From Bacteroidales bacterium (GTDB lineage Bacteria > Bacteroidota > Bacteroidia > Bacteroidales > Paludibacteraceae): a DNA stretch of 64,000 nucleotides. Shown piece by piece: positions 48,919 through 58,703 of this stretch. Both the position numbers and the translations under genes were made by a program. Position 1 is the first letter of the stretch, and every line of letters begins with the position of its first letter. The notes under the pieces are model-generated. The model did no database searches. It was given only the letters and a program-made list of their open reading frames with translations, and was not told the origin of the DNA. The DNA lies in NCBI GenBank assembly GCA_012518275.1, contig JAAYSS010000065.1, forward strand, positions 15,995 through 79,994. The letters are read 5' to 3'.

Positions 48919-49986
48919 ATGAAGAAACATAATTTTAATGCGGGACCTTGTGTATTACCCAGACCGGCGGTTGAATCTGCCATTGAGGCCATTCGTGATT
49001 TTGATGGAACGGGAGTAGGAATTCTTGAAATTTCACACCGAACACCGGGGTGGGACCGCATTATGCAGGAAACAGAGCAGCTTTGGAGAGAGTTATTAAA
49101 CATTCCGGATGACTATGCCGTGCTTTTCCTGGGCGGCGGTGCTTCCACGGAATTTTACTTTGTACCAGCCAATTTGATGGTTAAGAAAGCCGCTTATCTT
49201 CAAACCGGCTCTTGGGCGAAAAAAGCCATTAAAGAAGCAAAATTATTTGGCGAAGTAGAAGTTGTTGCATCATCCGAAGATAAAAACTATACGTATATTC
49301 CTAAAAACTATACAATTCCGACTGATGCGGATTATTTCCACATCACTACCAATAATACCATTTATGGAACTGAAATTAAGACAGATATAGACAGTCCAAT
49401 ACCGTTGGTTGCAGATATGTCGTCTGATATTTTGTCACGTCCGATTGACATAAGTAAATACGGACTGATTTACGGTGGCGCTCAGAAAAACGTGGGTCCT
49501 GCCGGGGTGGCATTCGTGATTGTACGCAAAGATATTCTTGGAAAAGTGGAGCGTAGTTTACCAACCATGATGGATTATCGGACGCACATCGGCAAAGGCT
49601 CCATGTTCAACACACCACCTGTTTTCCCTATTTTCGTGATGCACGAAACATTGAAATGGTTAAAAAAACTCGGCGGGGTGGAAGCCATTCAGAAAATCAA
49701 CAAACATAAAGCTGAATTGCTTTATAATGAAATTGATCGAAATAAACTATTCGTCGGAACAGCGGCTAAAGAAGACCGCTCGTTGATGAATGTTTGCTTT
49801 GTGATGGCTGATGAATACAAAGACAAGGAAGCCGAATTTCTTAAATTTGCAGATGAAAAAGGGATGGTGGGTATCAAGGGACACCGCTCTGTGGGAGGTT
49901 TCCGCGCATCTATTTACAATGCTTGTCCTACGGAAAGTGTAGAAGCGTTGGTGGCGTGCATGCAGGAATTTGAAAAGGAGTTTTGA
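48919..49986 (+). CDS. serC: phosphoserine aminotransferase
   Basis: [34 protein letters not shown]. Confidence 0.96.
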   Translation: MKKHNFNAGPCVLPRPAVESAIEAIRDFDGTGVGILEISHRTPGWDRIMQETEQLWRELLNIPDDYAVLFLGGGASTEFYFVPANLMVKKAAYLQTGSWAKKAIKEAKLFGEVEVVASSEDKNYTYIPKNYTIPTDADYFHITTNNTIYGTEIKTDIDSPIPLVADMSSDILSRPIDISKYGLIYGGAQKNVGPAGVAFVIVRKDILGKVERSLPTMMDYRTHIGKGSMFNTPPVFPIFVMHETLKWLKKLGGVEAIQKINKHKAELLYNEIDRNKLFVGTAAKEDRSLMNVCFVMADEYKDKEAEFLKFADEKGMVGIKGHRSVGGFRASIYNACPTESVEALVACMQEFEKEF

Positions 49987-50032
49987 GTCCGAAAAAATAG
50001 TGAATAGTAAACTGAAAAATTATAATTTTTTA

Positions 50033-50953
50033 ATGAAAGTATTAGTAGCAACCCAAAAGCCATTTGCAAAAGCAGCTATAGACGGTATTCGTCAAGAGTT
50101 GGAAGGCGTTGATTATGAATTAATTCTTTTGGAGAAATATTCAGATAAACAGCAGCTCTTGGATGCTGTTGCAGATGTGGACGCCTTGATAGTTCGCAGT
50201 GATGTGATTGACAAAGAAGTCATTCAGGCAGGTGAAAACCTGAAAATTATAGTACGTGCCGGCGCCGGTTGTGACAACATCGATTTGAAAGCAGCTACCG
50301 AAGCTGATGTTTGCGTGATGAATACACCGGGACAAAATGCGAATGCTGTTGCAGAACTGGTTTTCGGTATGCTTGTGATGGGCGTAAGGAATTTTTACAG
50401 CGGTTCGTCTGGTTTTGAATTGAAAGGCAAAAGATTGGGTATTCATGCCTATGGAAATGTTGGTAAAAACGTGGCACGTATAGCCCGTGGTTTTGGCATG
50501 GAGTTGTTGGCTTATGATACCTATTGCCGTGCAGAAGTAATTAATGCAGACGGAATAGATCCAACCATTTCAGTAAAAACGCTTTATCAACATTCTGACA
50601 TTGTTTCCGTACATATACCACTCACTAAAGAAACAAGAGGTTTGATAGGGAAGAGTATTTTGAAAAATTTACGAGAAGGAGCCATGTTGATAAATACAGC
50701 TCGTAAGGAAGTTATCAATGAGCCTGAACTGTTGCAATATATGATTGAAAATCCGAAATTTAAATACATGACAGATATCAAACCGGATATTCATGACCAA
50801 TTCATGGAAAAGGTGCCTAACCAATATTTTACTACACCTAAGAAAATGGGCTCGCAGACTGTTGAGGCTAATGTAAATGCCGGAATTGCGGCAGCACACC
50901 AGATAGTGGATTATTTGAAAAACGGCAATCAGAAGTACCGTGTAAATGATTAA
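50033..50953 (+). CDS. serA: D-3-phosphoglycerate dehydrogenase, short Lys-type form
   Basis: RAGAG, NTPGQNANAVAE, INTAR; follows serC; no ACT domain; ATG 50033. Confidence 0.85.
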   Translation: MKVLVATQKPFAKAAIDGIRQELEGVDYELILLEKYSDKQQLLDAVADVDALIVRSDVIDKEVIQAGENLKIIVRAGAGCDNIDLKAATEADVCVMNTPGQNANAVAELVFGMLVMGVRNFYSGSSGFELKGKRLGIHAYGNVGKNVARIARGFGMELLAYDTYCRAEVINADGIDPTISVKTLYQHSDIVSVHIPLTKETRGLIGKSILKNLREGAMLINTARKEVINEPELLQYMIENPKFKYMTDIKPDIHDQFMEKVPNQYFTTPKKMGSQTVEANVNAGIAAAHQIVDYLKNGNQKYRVND

Positions 50954-50978
50954 AGCTTTCAGTAGAATAGAAAACAAT

Positions 50979-51014
50979 GGGGCTGTCTCAAAAGATTGAC
51001 AGCCTCTTTTTTTT
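50979..51014 (+). terminator. terminator-like hairpin formed by the IS left end, downstream of serA
   Basis: GGGGCTGTC-N10-GACAGCCTC followed by T8. Confidence 0.65.
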
Positions 51015-51849
51015 GTATTCAATTTTCTATAAAAAAACTCTTGATAAGTATTGCTGTTTTATAGTGTTTTTTTATACCTTTACGACTGTATATCAAAAGT
51101 ATAAGACGTGTTTAAGCTCAAATTTAAACCCTATATTCAAGGCCAAGTATGGTTTTTTCCTCCAAATTTGGATGAAAAGGTTCCTCAGAACTCTTCAGCT
51201 CGCATCATAAATCAAATTGTGGATAACCTATACTTGAGTAAAATCTTTGATACGTACAAAGGTGGTGACACAAGCACATATCATTCACGAATGATGCTTA
51301 AAGTAGTTTTGTACAGCTATCTGAACAATGTCTACTCCAGTCGTAAGTTAGAACAGGCACTCACCGACCGTGTTAGTTTTATGTGGCTCTCAGGTAATCA
51401 AACACCCGATCACAACACCATCAATCGTTTCCGTTCTTCTCACTTAAAAGACTCCATCCATGAGATTTTTACTCAAGTAGTGGTTATGCTTGTTGAGATG
51501 GGCTATTTAAGCCTTGAAGTAGCCTATGTTGACGGAACCAAAATAGAATCACGAGCAGGTCGTTATACTTTTGTCTGGCGTAAATCCATTGAAAAATACA
51601 AAGAAAGTTTAGAAGAGAAGGTGTTAATGGACTTTGCAATCTTTACTATTGCATTTAATATTGGAAAACTACACTTGAAAGGATTAGACAATAAAGAAAC
51701 ATCGGATTTTTGGGAAAAACATGCTCAAAAAGGGGCAATATGCTGTTTTTTATAAAAATAAACTCTAAAAGTTTCTCGGTAATCAAAAATTACAATCATA
51801 AAATAGCAGTATAAAAAATATAAAAGGGACTACCTTTTTGAGACAGCCC
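50980..51849 (+). mobile_element. IS1182-family element, internally deleted (870 bp)
   Basis: Perfect 14-bp TIRs GGGCTGTCTCAAAA (50980-50993) / TTTTGAGACAGCCC (51836-51849) around a shortened transposase. Confidence 0.85.
51108..51755 (+). pseudogene. IS1182 transposase remnant
   Basis: N-terminal motifs (YHSRMMLKV, SSRKLE, PDHNTINRFR, VDGTKIE) joined in frame to the C-terminal helix (KVLMDFAIFTIAFNIGKL); only 215 aa. Confidence 0.82.
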
Positions 51850-51885
51850 ATTTGATGCAAAAATAACATACAAGAAGCAAAATCA

Positions 51886-52383
51886 ATGACAACTATAGGA
51901 ATAATTTCCGATACGCACGGTTTGCTTGACGAACGCATTTTCAAACATTTCAAAGATGTAGATGAAATATGGCACGTCGGTGACTGGGGCTCTATGGAAG
52001 TGGCGAATAAATTGCAAGCATTCAAGCCGGTCCGGGGCGTACACGGCAATATCGACGGGCAGGATATACGGATGATTTTCCCAAAACATCTGCGGTTTAC
52101 GTGTGAAGATGTGGATGTTTGGCTGACACATATTGGCGGATATCCCGGGCGGTACGATGCAAACGTAAAGCCCGAAATATTCAACAATCCACCCAAGCTA
52201 TTTGTTTGCGGACACTCTCACATCCTTAAGGTGCAGTACGATAAAGCGCTTGATTTGTTGCACATTAACCCGGGAGCAGCAGGAACGCACGGCTTTCATC
52301 AAGTTCAAACGCTAATTCGATTTGAAATTGACGGAAGTGAAATACAAAATTTGGAAGTGATAGAGCTGTCTCCCAAGTTTTGA
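51886..52383 (+). CDS. metallophosphoesterase (YfcE/MJ0936-like)
   Basis: SDTH, HVGD, GNID, GHSH, NPG. Confidence 0.9.
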   Translation: MTTIGIISDTHGLLDERIFKHFKDVDEIWHVGDWGSMEVANKLQAFKPVRGVHGNIDGQDIRMIFPKHLRFTCEDVDVWLTHIGGYPGRYDANVKPEIFNNPPKLFVCGHSHILKVQYDKALDLLHINPGAAGTHGFHQVQTLIRFEIDGSEIQNLEVIELSPKF

Positions 52384-52407
52384 AGCTTAAAAACTCGAAA
52401 TCTCTTC

Positions 52408-53940
52408 TTACTTAACCCCGTGCATTAGTTTTTCCAACCTCTTTGAAAGGCCGAAAAGGATTAGTGACGCTACGGCCGAAATGATTACGAAAATCATAAA
52501 GAATTCGTACAGGTTTGATATTTCAAATCCGATAAACATTTTGGTCTTTCCGGCTTCGGGATAAAGCGTGCTAAGTGCACCAGCAAATTTATTGGCGGTA
52601 GCCATAGAAAGGTACCAAACGCCCATCAGCAACGAAGCAAAACGGACAGGAGCCAGTTTATTTACCATCGAAAGTCCGATTGGCGAAAGGCAAAGCTCAC
52701 CCATTGTGTGGATAAAATACAATCCGGTCAACCACAGGATGCTTACTTTTACGCCCGGCTCTACTCCGCGAACACCAAATGCAATCAGCAAGTAACCCAT
52801 TGAAAGTAGAAAAAGTCCGATGGCTTGCTTTACCGGTGAAGTCGGCTCCATGTTTTTCTGCCCTAATTTCACCCAAAGTTTTGCAAAAATAGGTGCTAAA
52901 ATAACTACGAAAACTGCATTAAAGGATTGAAACCAGCTTGCAGGCATGATTTTTCCAAAAACATTCCGATTTGTTTGTTCTTCGGCAAAATAAGTTAGTG
53001 AAATTCCGGCTTGCTCAAATGCAGACCAAAAGAAAATCACAAAAAAGGCAATGATGTAAATCACGGCTATCCGTTGACGTTCAATTTTCGTGAGTGACTT
53101 ATCAAAAATAACATACGCCGGTACCACAAGACACGAAGCGTAAATAAACGAGCCAATCACATCGAAATCTGATGTAAAAAGGAATAAGGAAAACAATCCC
53201 ACGGCTCCTAATATCCAGAAACCAATTTCTTTAAGAGTTGTTTTTGCAATCGGCTTTTCCGATTCACTCAATTCTCTGTTTTTTGCTGCAGGCTCTACCC
53301 CAAGTGGATTTCCGTTTGGTCCAATCAGGTATTTTTCTCTAAACATGACGTAAATTGTCAAGCACAGCATCGAAGCAATTGCCGCCGCCAAAAATCCCCA
53401 TTTGAAATCGCCGGGATTGCCCGTATCGCCTAAAAAGCCACATACCAGCGGAGCTGCAAAAGCTCCCAGATTGACACCCATATAGAAAATTGTATAAGCC
53501 GCATCCAATTTCCTGTCGCCTTTTTCATAAAGTTGACCGACAAAAGTAGTTACATTGGGTTTGAAAAAACCGTTCCCGAAAATTAGTCCACCCAAACCGG
53601 CATACATCAACCACCTTGCAAGCTCTGCATTCTGAAAATTTACAGCGCTCAAAAACATAAACATCTGCCCAATAACCATCATCACGGCGCCCCAAAACAT
53701 GGATCGGCGCATTCCCCAGTATTTATCGGCTACATAACCGCCGATAAGCGGTGTAAGATAAACCAAACCGGTGTAATTTCCGTAAATAACAGATGAAAGC
53801 TCCTTGTCAATCATCAGAGCATTAATCATATACAGCACGAAAAGTGCACGCATCCCGTAGTATCCAAACCGCTCGGCAATGGCTACGGTATAAATAAAAT
53901 AAAGTCCTTTCGGGTGTTTTTGAGTTGTTGTTTCTGACAT
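52408..53940 (-). CDS. POT/PTR-family peptide:H+ symporter (MFS)
   Basis: ERFGYYG, GNGFFKPN, FYMGVNLG, GELCLSPIG. Confidence 0.93.
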   Translation of the reverse strand: MSETTTQKHPKGLYFIYTVAIAERFGYYGMRALFVLYMINALMIDKELSSVIYGNYTGLVYLTPLIGGYVADKYWGMRRSMFWGAVMMVIGQMFMFLSAVNFQNAELARWLMYAGLGGLIFGNGFFKPNVTTFVGQLYEKGDRKLDAAYTIFYMGVNLGAFAAPLVCGFLGDTGNPGDFKWGFLAAAIASMLCLTIYVMFREKYLIGPNGNPLGVEPAAKNRELSESEKPIAKTTLKEIGFWILGAVGLFSLFLFTSDFDVIGSFIYASCLVVPAYVIFDKSLTKIERQRIAVIYIIAFFVIFFWSAFEQAGISLTYFAEEQTNRNVFGKIMPASWFQSFNAVFVVILAPIFAKLWVKLGQKNMEPTSPVKQAIGLFLLSMGYLLIAFGVRGVEPGVKVSILWLTGLYFIHTMGELCLSPIGLSMVNKLAPVRFASLLMGVWYLSMATANKFAGALSTLYPEAGKTKMFIGFEISNLYEFFMIFVIISAVASLILFGLSKRLEKLMHGVK

Positions 53941-53944
53941 AAAT

Positions 53945-54304
53945 TTATTGTTTTTCGGTTTCTAATTCAATACTCACACTTTCCACATCTCCGCCAAGCG
54001 GTGGATTGAGTTTAGAGAGTTTTACTTTTAACGATTTTATTTCAGGAAATGATTCTTTGATTGCATTTAAAATCCGTCTTCCAACGTGTTCGATAAGGTT
54101 AGAAGGGATTTCCATTTCACGCTTTATCACGTCATACACTTCCTGATAATTCAACGTATCTTTCAAATTATCTGTTTCTTCCGCGAAAGAAGTATCCAGT
54201 TCCATTTCCACCGAAACCAAAAACGTGTTTCCATCTCGCTTTTCAAAGTCCAAACAACCATGGTAAGCGTGGAATTTCATATTTTGCAGAGAGATTTTTG
54301 ACAT
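53945..54304 (-). CDS. folB: dihydroneopterin aldolase
   Basis: FHAYHG..E, D.L.DTLNY, LIE, K.NPP. Confidence 0.93.
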   Translation of the reverse strand: MSKISLQNMKFHAYHGCLDFEKRDGNTFLVSVEMELDTSFAEETDNLKDTLNYQEVYDVIKREMEIPSNLIEHVGRRILNAIKESFPEIKSLKVKLSKLNPPLGGDVESVSIELETEKQ

Positions 54305-54319
54305 GTTTTTATACTTAAA

Positions 54320-55120
54320 TTATTTGGATGAATCGAACCCCGATTTTATTTTTTTGCTGAAGTTGCTCACAAACTTTATCGTTTCCTCTTTATTCTCTTT
54401 TCGTGGAGTATGGGCTGCATCGGGAATAATTTTTGTAAAAAGTAGCGCTTTTATCTCGCGTTCCAGCACATTCAGTTGTTCAAGTGTATCATACGGGTCA
54501 TTCTCACCTCGAAATGCAAGCACTGGACACGTGATATTTTTCAGTAACGGTACAAGCGACCAATCATCAAATTCTTTGCTAAGCCAAGCTGTGTGCCATC
54601 TTCTAAACAATTCTTGTGCTTTTTCGCCGTGAAATTTTTGAAGCGTTGGGATTAACGAATTATGTTTAGCTCTATCCCTGCTTTCGCGAACCGTGTTTCT
54701 TCCCTCTTTCTCCATAAAACTGTGTGGACCTTCCACCATAATTGCCTGAAAACGTTCAGGATGTGAACCGGCTGCAATCAAAGCTGTACTGGCTCCATCA
54801 CTATGTCCGTATAGAATCGCACATTCTATTTCTAGTTTATCCATTACCCGAATTAGCTCGTTGGCAGCTTCGTGAAGGTAGGTCTTGGTTCGCTCTTTAC
54901 CTGCAAACGGCGATGATTTTCCATATCCCCGCCGATCATAAATCAAGGCATTCAACTGAAACAAATCTGCCATCTTTTCAGGAAAATCTCCCCACATCTC
55001 ACTGCATCCCCACGCGTCGTGCAAAAATATCAGCACTGGCGAATCCGGATTTTTATCTTTTTTCAAAAACCGATAAAAAAGGTTGTAATCTTCAAAAGTT
55101 ATATAATTTTCTTCCATCAT
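54320..55120 (-). CDS. alpha/beta hydrolase
   Basis: YDRRGYGKS, GHSDGA nucleophile elbow, GEND, AAHTP. Confidence 0.88.
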   Translation of the reverse strand: MMEENYITFEDYNLFYRFLKKDKNPDSPVLIFLHDAWGCSEMWGDFPEKMADLFQLNALIYDRRGYGKSSPFAGKERTKTYLHEAANELIRVMDKLEIECAILYGHSDGASTALIAAGSHPERFQAIMVEGPHSFMEKEGRNTVRESRDRAKHNSLIPTLQKFHGEKAQELFRRWHTAWLSKEFDDWSLVPLLKNITCPVLAFRGENDPYDTLEQLNVLEREIKALLFTKIIPDAAHTPRKENKEETIKFVSNFSKKIKSGFDSSK

Positions 55121-55135
55121 TTCATTTTAAAAGTG

Positions 55136-55184
55136 CAAATTTAATCAAAATAGGCTTATTTTCGTGATTTTTGATGTAAATTTG
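55136..55184. promoter_or_regulatory. back-to-back divergent -7 boxes
   Basis: TAAATTTG on - (55143-55136) and on + (55177-55184). Confidence 0.5.
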
Positions 55185-55233
55185 TGTTTTCAAGTAAATA
55201 TAATGACTACAAATATTACTTTTTGATAGAATA

Positions 55234-56319
55234 ATGAAGTTTATTATTGACAAAAATATTCCGTACATTAAAGGTGTTTTAGAAAATGTAGCCGAAGTCG
55301 AGTATTTACATTACAAAGAGATGACACCCGAAACCGTGCGTTATGCCGATGCACTGATTATCCGCACGCGGACGAAATGCAATGAAAAACTATTGAGCGG
55401 TTCGAAGGTAAAATTCATTGCTACTGCCACCATCGGCTATGACCATATCGATACAAAATATTGCGATGAAAACGGCATAAAATGGGCAAATGCACCCGGA
55501 TGCAATGCGCTTTCTGTAACGCAATATATGGCATCGGTTTTAATCCATTTAGCAGAAAAAAACAAGTTCGATTTGAGTTCGAAAACGCTCGGAATTGTGG
55601 GAGTGGGGAACGTAGGGTCGCGCGTAGCAAAATTGGCGAAAGGTTTCGGGATGAAGGTGCTGTTGAATGACCCGCCACGAGAGCGACTGGAAGGGAGTAA
55701 ACAGTTTGTCAACTTGAAAGAAATTGCTGAAAAAGCAGACATCATTACTTTCCATCCCTTTTTGAATTTTGAAGGTATTGATAAAACATTTCATTTGGCA
55801 GATGCCGATTTTTTCGCTTCGTTAAAATATAAACCTTTTATTATCAATGCTTCAAGGGGAGAAGTGGTGGATAATTTGGCGTTGAAAGATGCGATGAATA
55901 AAGGGTTAGTTTCCGATGTGGTGTTGGATTGTTGGGAAAATGAACCGAATATCGACTTGGAATTATTAGAAAATGTGGAAATTACCACGCCACATATCGC
56001 CGGCTATTCTGCTGATGGCAAAGCTAATGCCACAATGCAGAGTGTGCGGTCGGTCAGCCGATTTTTCAATCTTGGGCTTGATAGCTGGCAACCCGATGAA
56101 CTGCCGAAAGGATTTGAAGGAGATTTTAGTCGGCTTTCCATTCCCGAATTTTTTAAAAAAACATACGATATTATTGCAGAGAGCAATTTTCTGAAATCAT
56201 CACCGGAAACTTTTGAGCAACAACGCTCAAACTATCCCATTCGCCGAGAGCCAAAAGCGTATCAAGGAAAGTTACCGAAAGAATTTGAAAAGAAATTTGG
56301 GGTATTTTTTGAGAAATGA
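55234..56319 (+). CDS. pdxB: 4-phosphoerythronate dehydrogenase
   Basis: TATIGYDHID, NAPGCNA, GVGNVG, NASRG, PHIAGYS.DGK. Confidence 0.93.
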   Translation: MKFIIDKNIPYIKGVLENVAEVEYLHYKEMTPETVRYADALIIRTRTKCNEKLLSGSKVKFIATATIGYDHIDTKYCDENGIKWANAPGCNALSVTQYMASVLIHLAEKNKFDLSSKTLGIVGVGNVGSRVAKLAKGFGMKVLLNDPPRERLEGSKQFVNLKEIAEKADIITFHPFLNFEGIDKTFHLADADFFASLKYKPFIINASRGEVVDNLALKDAMNKGLVSDVVLDCWENEPNIDLELLENVEITTPHIAGYSADGKANATMQSVRSVSRFFNLGLDSWQPDELPKGFEGDFSRLSIPEFFKKTYDIIAESNFLKSSPETFEQQRSNYPIRREPKAYQGKLPKEFEKKFGVFFEK

Positions 56320-56465
56320 ATTTAAATTCACTTTTACCCAATTTCGACCACATATTAAAAATATCAAAGATATTTTTCGCTATGTTTACGAAAATAAGAG
56401 AATATCAGATTGAAAACCAATATAATTCGGCAATGAAATGGATTAAGGAAAAACCGATTAAATAA
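56316..56465 (+). CDS. candidate 49-aa small protein
   Basis: ATG overlaps the pdxB stop (ATGA); open for 49 codons; stop ends 10 nt before the dacB ATG. Confidence 0.3.
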   Translation: MNLNSLLPNFDHILKISKIFFAMFTKIREYQIENQYNSAMKWIKEKPIK

Positions 56466-56475
56466 TTGATTTACA

Positions 56476-57885
56476 ATGATGAGAAAAATATTATTAGCCC
56501 TTGCGCTTATTATTTGTGTTTTTGCAAGTGCTCAAAATTTTGTATCTAAATTTATCGACAACGGCCTGCATAAAAATGCCAATATTAGTCTGATGGTCAA
56601 AGATTTGAAAACAGGGAAAACGCTTTACAGTCACCGTTCTGGCAGTGCTACCGTTCCCGCATCAACGATGAAGCTTGTTACTACTGCTACGGCGTTGGAA
56701 CTTTTAGGAGCTGATTATCTGTTCAAAACCACATTGGAAGTTGACGGAATAGTAAGTTCAGATGGTATTCTGAATGGAAATTTAATTATTTATGGGAGTG
56801 GTGATCCAACTTTGGGCTCATCAAAACTCGGGAATATTAATTTTTTGAACGATTGGCTTTCTGCGGTTCGAAATGCCGGAATTAAGCAAATCAACGGCGA
56901 TATTATTGCTGATGCGTCGGCGTACGACACGGAAGGAATTAACCCGAAATGGATTTGGGAAGATATGGGAAATTATTTTGCATCAGGTGTTTACGGAATT
57001 TCTTATAAGGACAATACGTTTGAAATGGAGCTGAAATCGGGGGCAGTTGGGACTACACCCGAAATAATTAAAATAACACCCAACATTCCTGAATTGACTT
57101 TTCAAAACTATTTGAAAAGCACAACCATCCGCTTCGACAGTGCCTATTTTTATGGCGCTCCGTACCAAAACGAGCGAAGTATTTACGGTGCAATCCCCGC
57201 AAATTGTGCCGGTTTCAAGATAAAAGGCGACATTCCCCGCCCGGGATTGGTTTTGGCGCGTGATTTGGCGTGGAAACTGAAATCAAACGGAATATCCGTT
57301 TCAGGAAAAGGAACCGATGAAATCGGGGAAACGGGCAAACGAACCGTGATTTACACCCATTTCTCACCAAAATTAAGCGAAATAATCAAGGAAATAAATG
57401 TGGCAAGCAACAACCACTACGCCGAGCATCTTTTCCGCCATCTGGCTTTGCAACAAGGAAAACAAGCATCAACAATGGATGCATTGGGACGGATAAAAAG
57501 CTTTTGGAAGTCCAAAGGATTGCCGGTTGACGAACTTTTTCAGTGCGATGGATCAGGATTATCTCCCTTAAATGCTGTTTCTGCTAATTTTTTCGTTAGC
57601 CTGCTCGATTATATGAATACATCGAAAAACAGCACTGTGTTCAAGAATTCATTGCCGATTGCGGGACAGAATGGTACGTTGCGAAACTTCTTGAAAGGAA
57701 CAGTTTTGCAAGGCAAGGTACAAGCCAAAAGCGGAACATTCAGCCGTGTAAAATCGTACGCCGGGTATATTCATTCCAATGGAAAAAGACTTGCGTTCGC
57801 CATTATTGTGAATAATCCAAACTCAACAAGCACTTCTGCCACGACAAAAAAGATGGAAGAGTTTTTAATCAGCGTTTCAAAATGA
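56476..57885 (+). CDS. dacB: D-Ala-D-Ala carboxypeptidase/endopeptidase (PBP4, S13)
   Basis: PASTMK (SxxK), GSGDPTLG, SNN, DGSGLS, KSG. Confidence 0.93.
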   Translation: MMRKILLALALIICVFASAQNFVSKFIDNGLHKNANISLMVKDLKTGKTLYSHRSGSATVPASTMKLVTTATALELLGADYLFKTTLEVDGIVSSDGILNGNLIIYGSGDPTLGSSKLGNINFLNDWLSAVRNAGIKQINGDIIADASAYDTEGINPKWIWEDMGNYFASGVYGISYKDNTFEMELKSGAVGTTPEIIKITPNIPELTFQNYLKSTTIRFDSAYFYGAPYQNERSIYGAIPANCAGFKIKGDIPRPGLVLARDLAWKLKSNGISVSGKGTDEIGETGKRTVIYTHFSPKLSEIIKEINVASNNHYAEHLFRHLALQQGKQASTMDALGRIKSFWKSKGLPVDELFQCDGSGLSPLNAVSANFFVSLLDYMNTSKNSTVFKNSLPIAGQNGTLRNFLKGTVLQGKVQAKSGTFSRVKSYAGYIHSNGKRLAFAIIVNNPNSTSTSATTKKMEEFLISVSK

Positions 57886-58610
57886 TGCGGAACAGATTTT
57901 TTATTCAAGAAACTCCTTCTACCAATAATCTATTGCAGGAAATGGCGCGACAAGAAAAATTGCCGGAAGGATTTTTGGTTCATACCGATTTTCAGACAGC
58001 CGGCAAAGGACAACCCGGAAATTCTTGGGAAAGCGAGAATGGTAAAAATCTGTTGTTCAGTGTCTTGCTTTATCCGCACAGTGTCTCTATCAATAAACAG
58101 TTTATCCTTTCACAATTGACTTGCCTTGCCATTAAAAGGGCGCTTGATATATACACAAGCGATATAACGATTAAGTGGTCTAATGATATTTATTGGAAAG
58201 AGCGAAAAATTTGCGGAATTTTGATTGAAAACACGTTGATGCGGGATAAAATTGACAAATGTATTATCGGTATCGGGCTGAATATTAATCAGGAAGTTTT
58301 CACCAGCGGCGCACCAAATCCTATTTCTTTGAAACAAATTACAGGCAAGGAAATGAACCGAGAAAAAATTCTTGATGACATTCTCGATGAATTGTTTGCA
58401 CATTATCAATCTCTTGATTTTCAGAAAATACAAAACGATTACCACGAAAATCTTTATCGAAAAGAAGGTTTTCATCCCTACACAGACGCTCGTACGAAAG
58501 AGCGCTTTTTTGCTCGAATAGACAAAATCGAACCAGACGGAAAACTGATTTTAATTACGAAAAGTGGCGAGCAAAGGGCGTATTATTTTAAAGAAGTAAT
58601 TTTTAGCTGA
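57882..58610 (+). CDS. birA: biotin--protein ligase, monofunctional (no HTH)
   Basis: STN, QTAGKGQ, KWSND, KICGILIE, GIGLN; ATGA overlap with dacB. Confidence 0.92.
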   Translation: MMRNRFFIQETPSTNNLLQEMARQEKLPEGFLVHTDFQTAGKGQPGNSWESENGKNLLFSVLLYPHSVSINKQFILSQLTCLAIKRALDIYTSDITIKWSNDIYWKERKICGILIENTLMRDKIDKCIIGIGLNINQEVFTSGAPNPISLKQITGKEMNREKILDDILDELFAHYQSLDFQKIQNDYHENLYRKEGFHPYTDARTKERFFARIDKIEPDGKLILITKSGEQRAYYFKEVIFS

Positions 58611-58631
58611 ATGGTTGAGTAGTAAATATAG

Positions 58632-58666
58632 AAAAAGCGAATTCTTAAAATCAGAATCCGCTCTTT
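58632..58666. terminator. probable bidirectional terminator
   Basis: Imperfect AAAAAGCGAATTCT / AGAATCCGCTCTTT between convergent genes. Confidence 0.55.
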
Positions 58667-58703
58667 GCTATTTAACGATTATACAATTTTCCTTTTAATC
58701 AAA

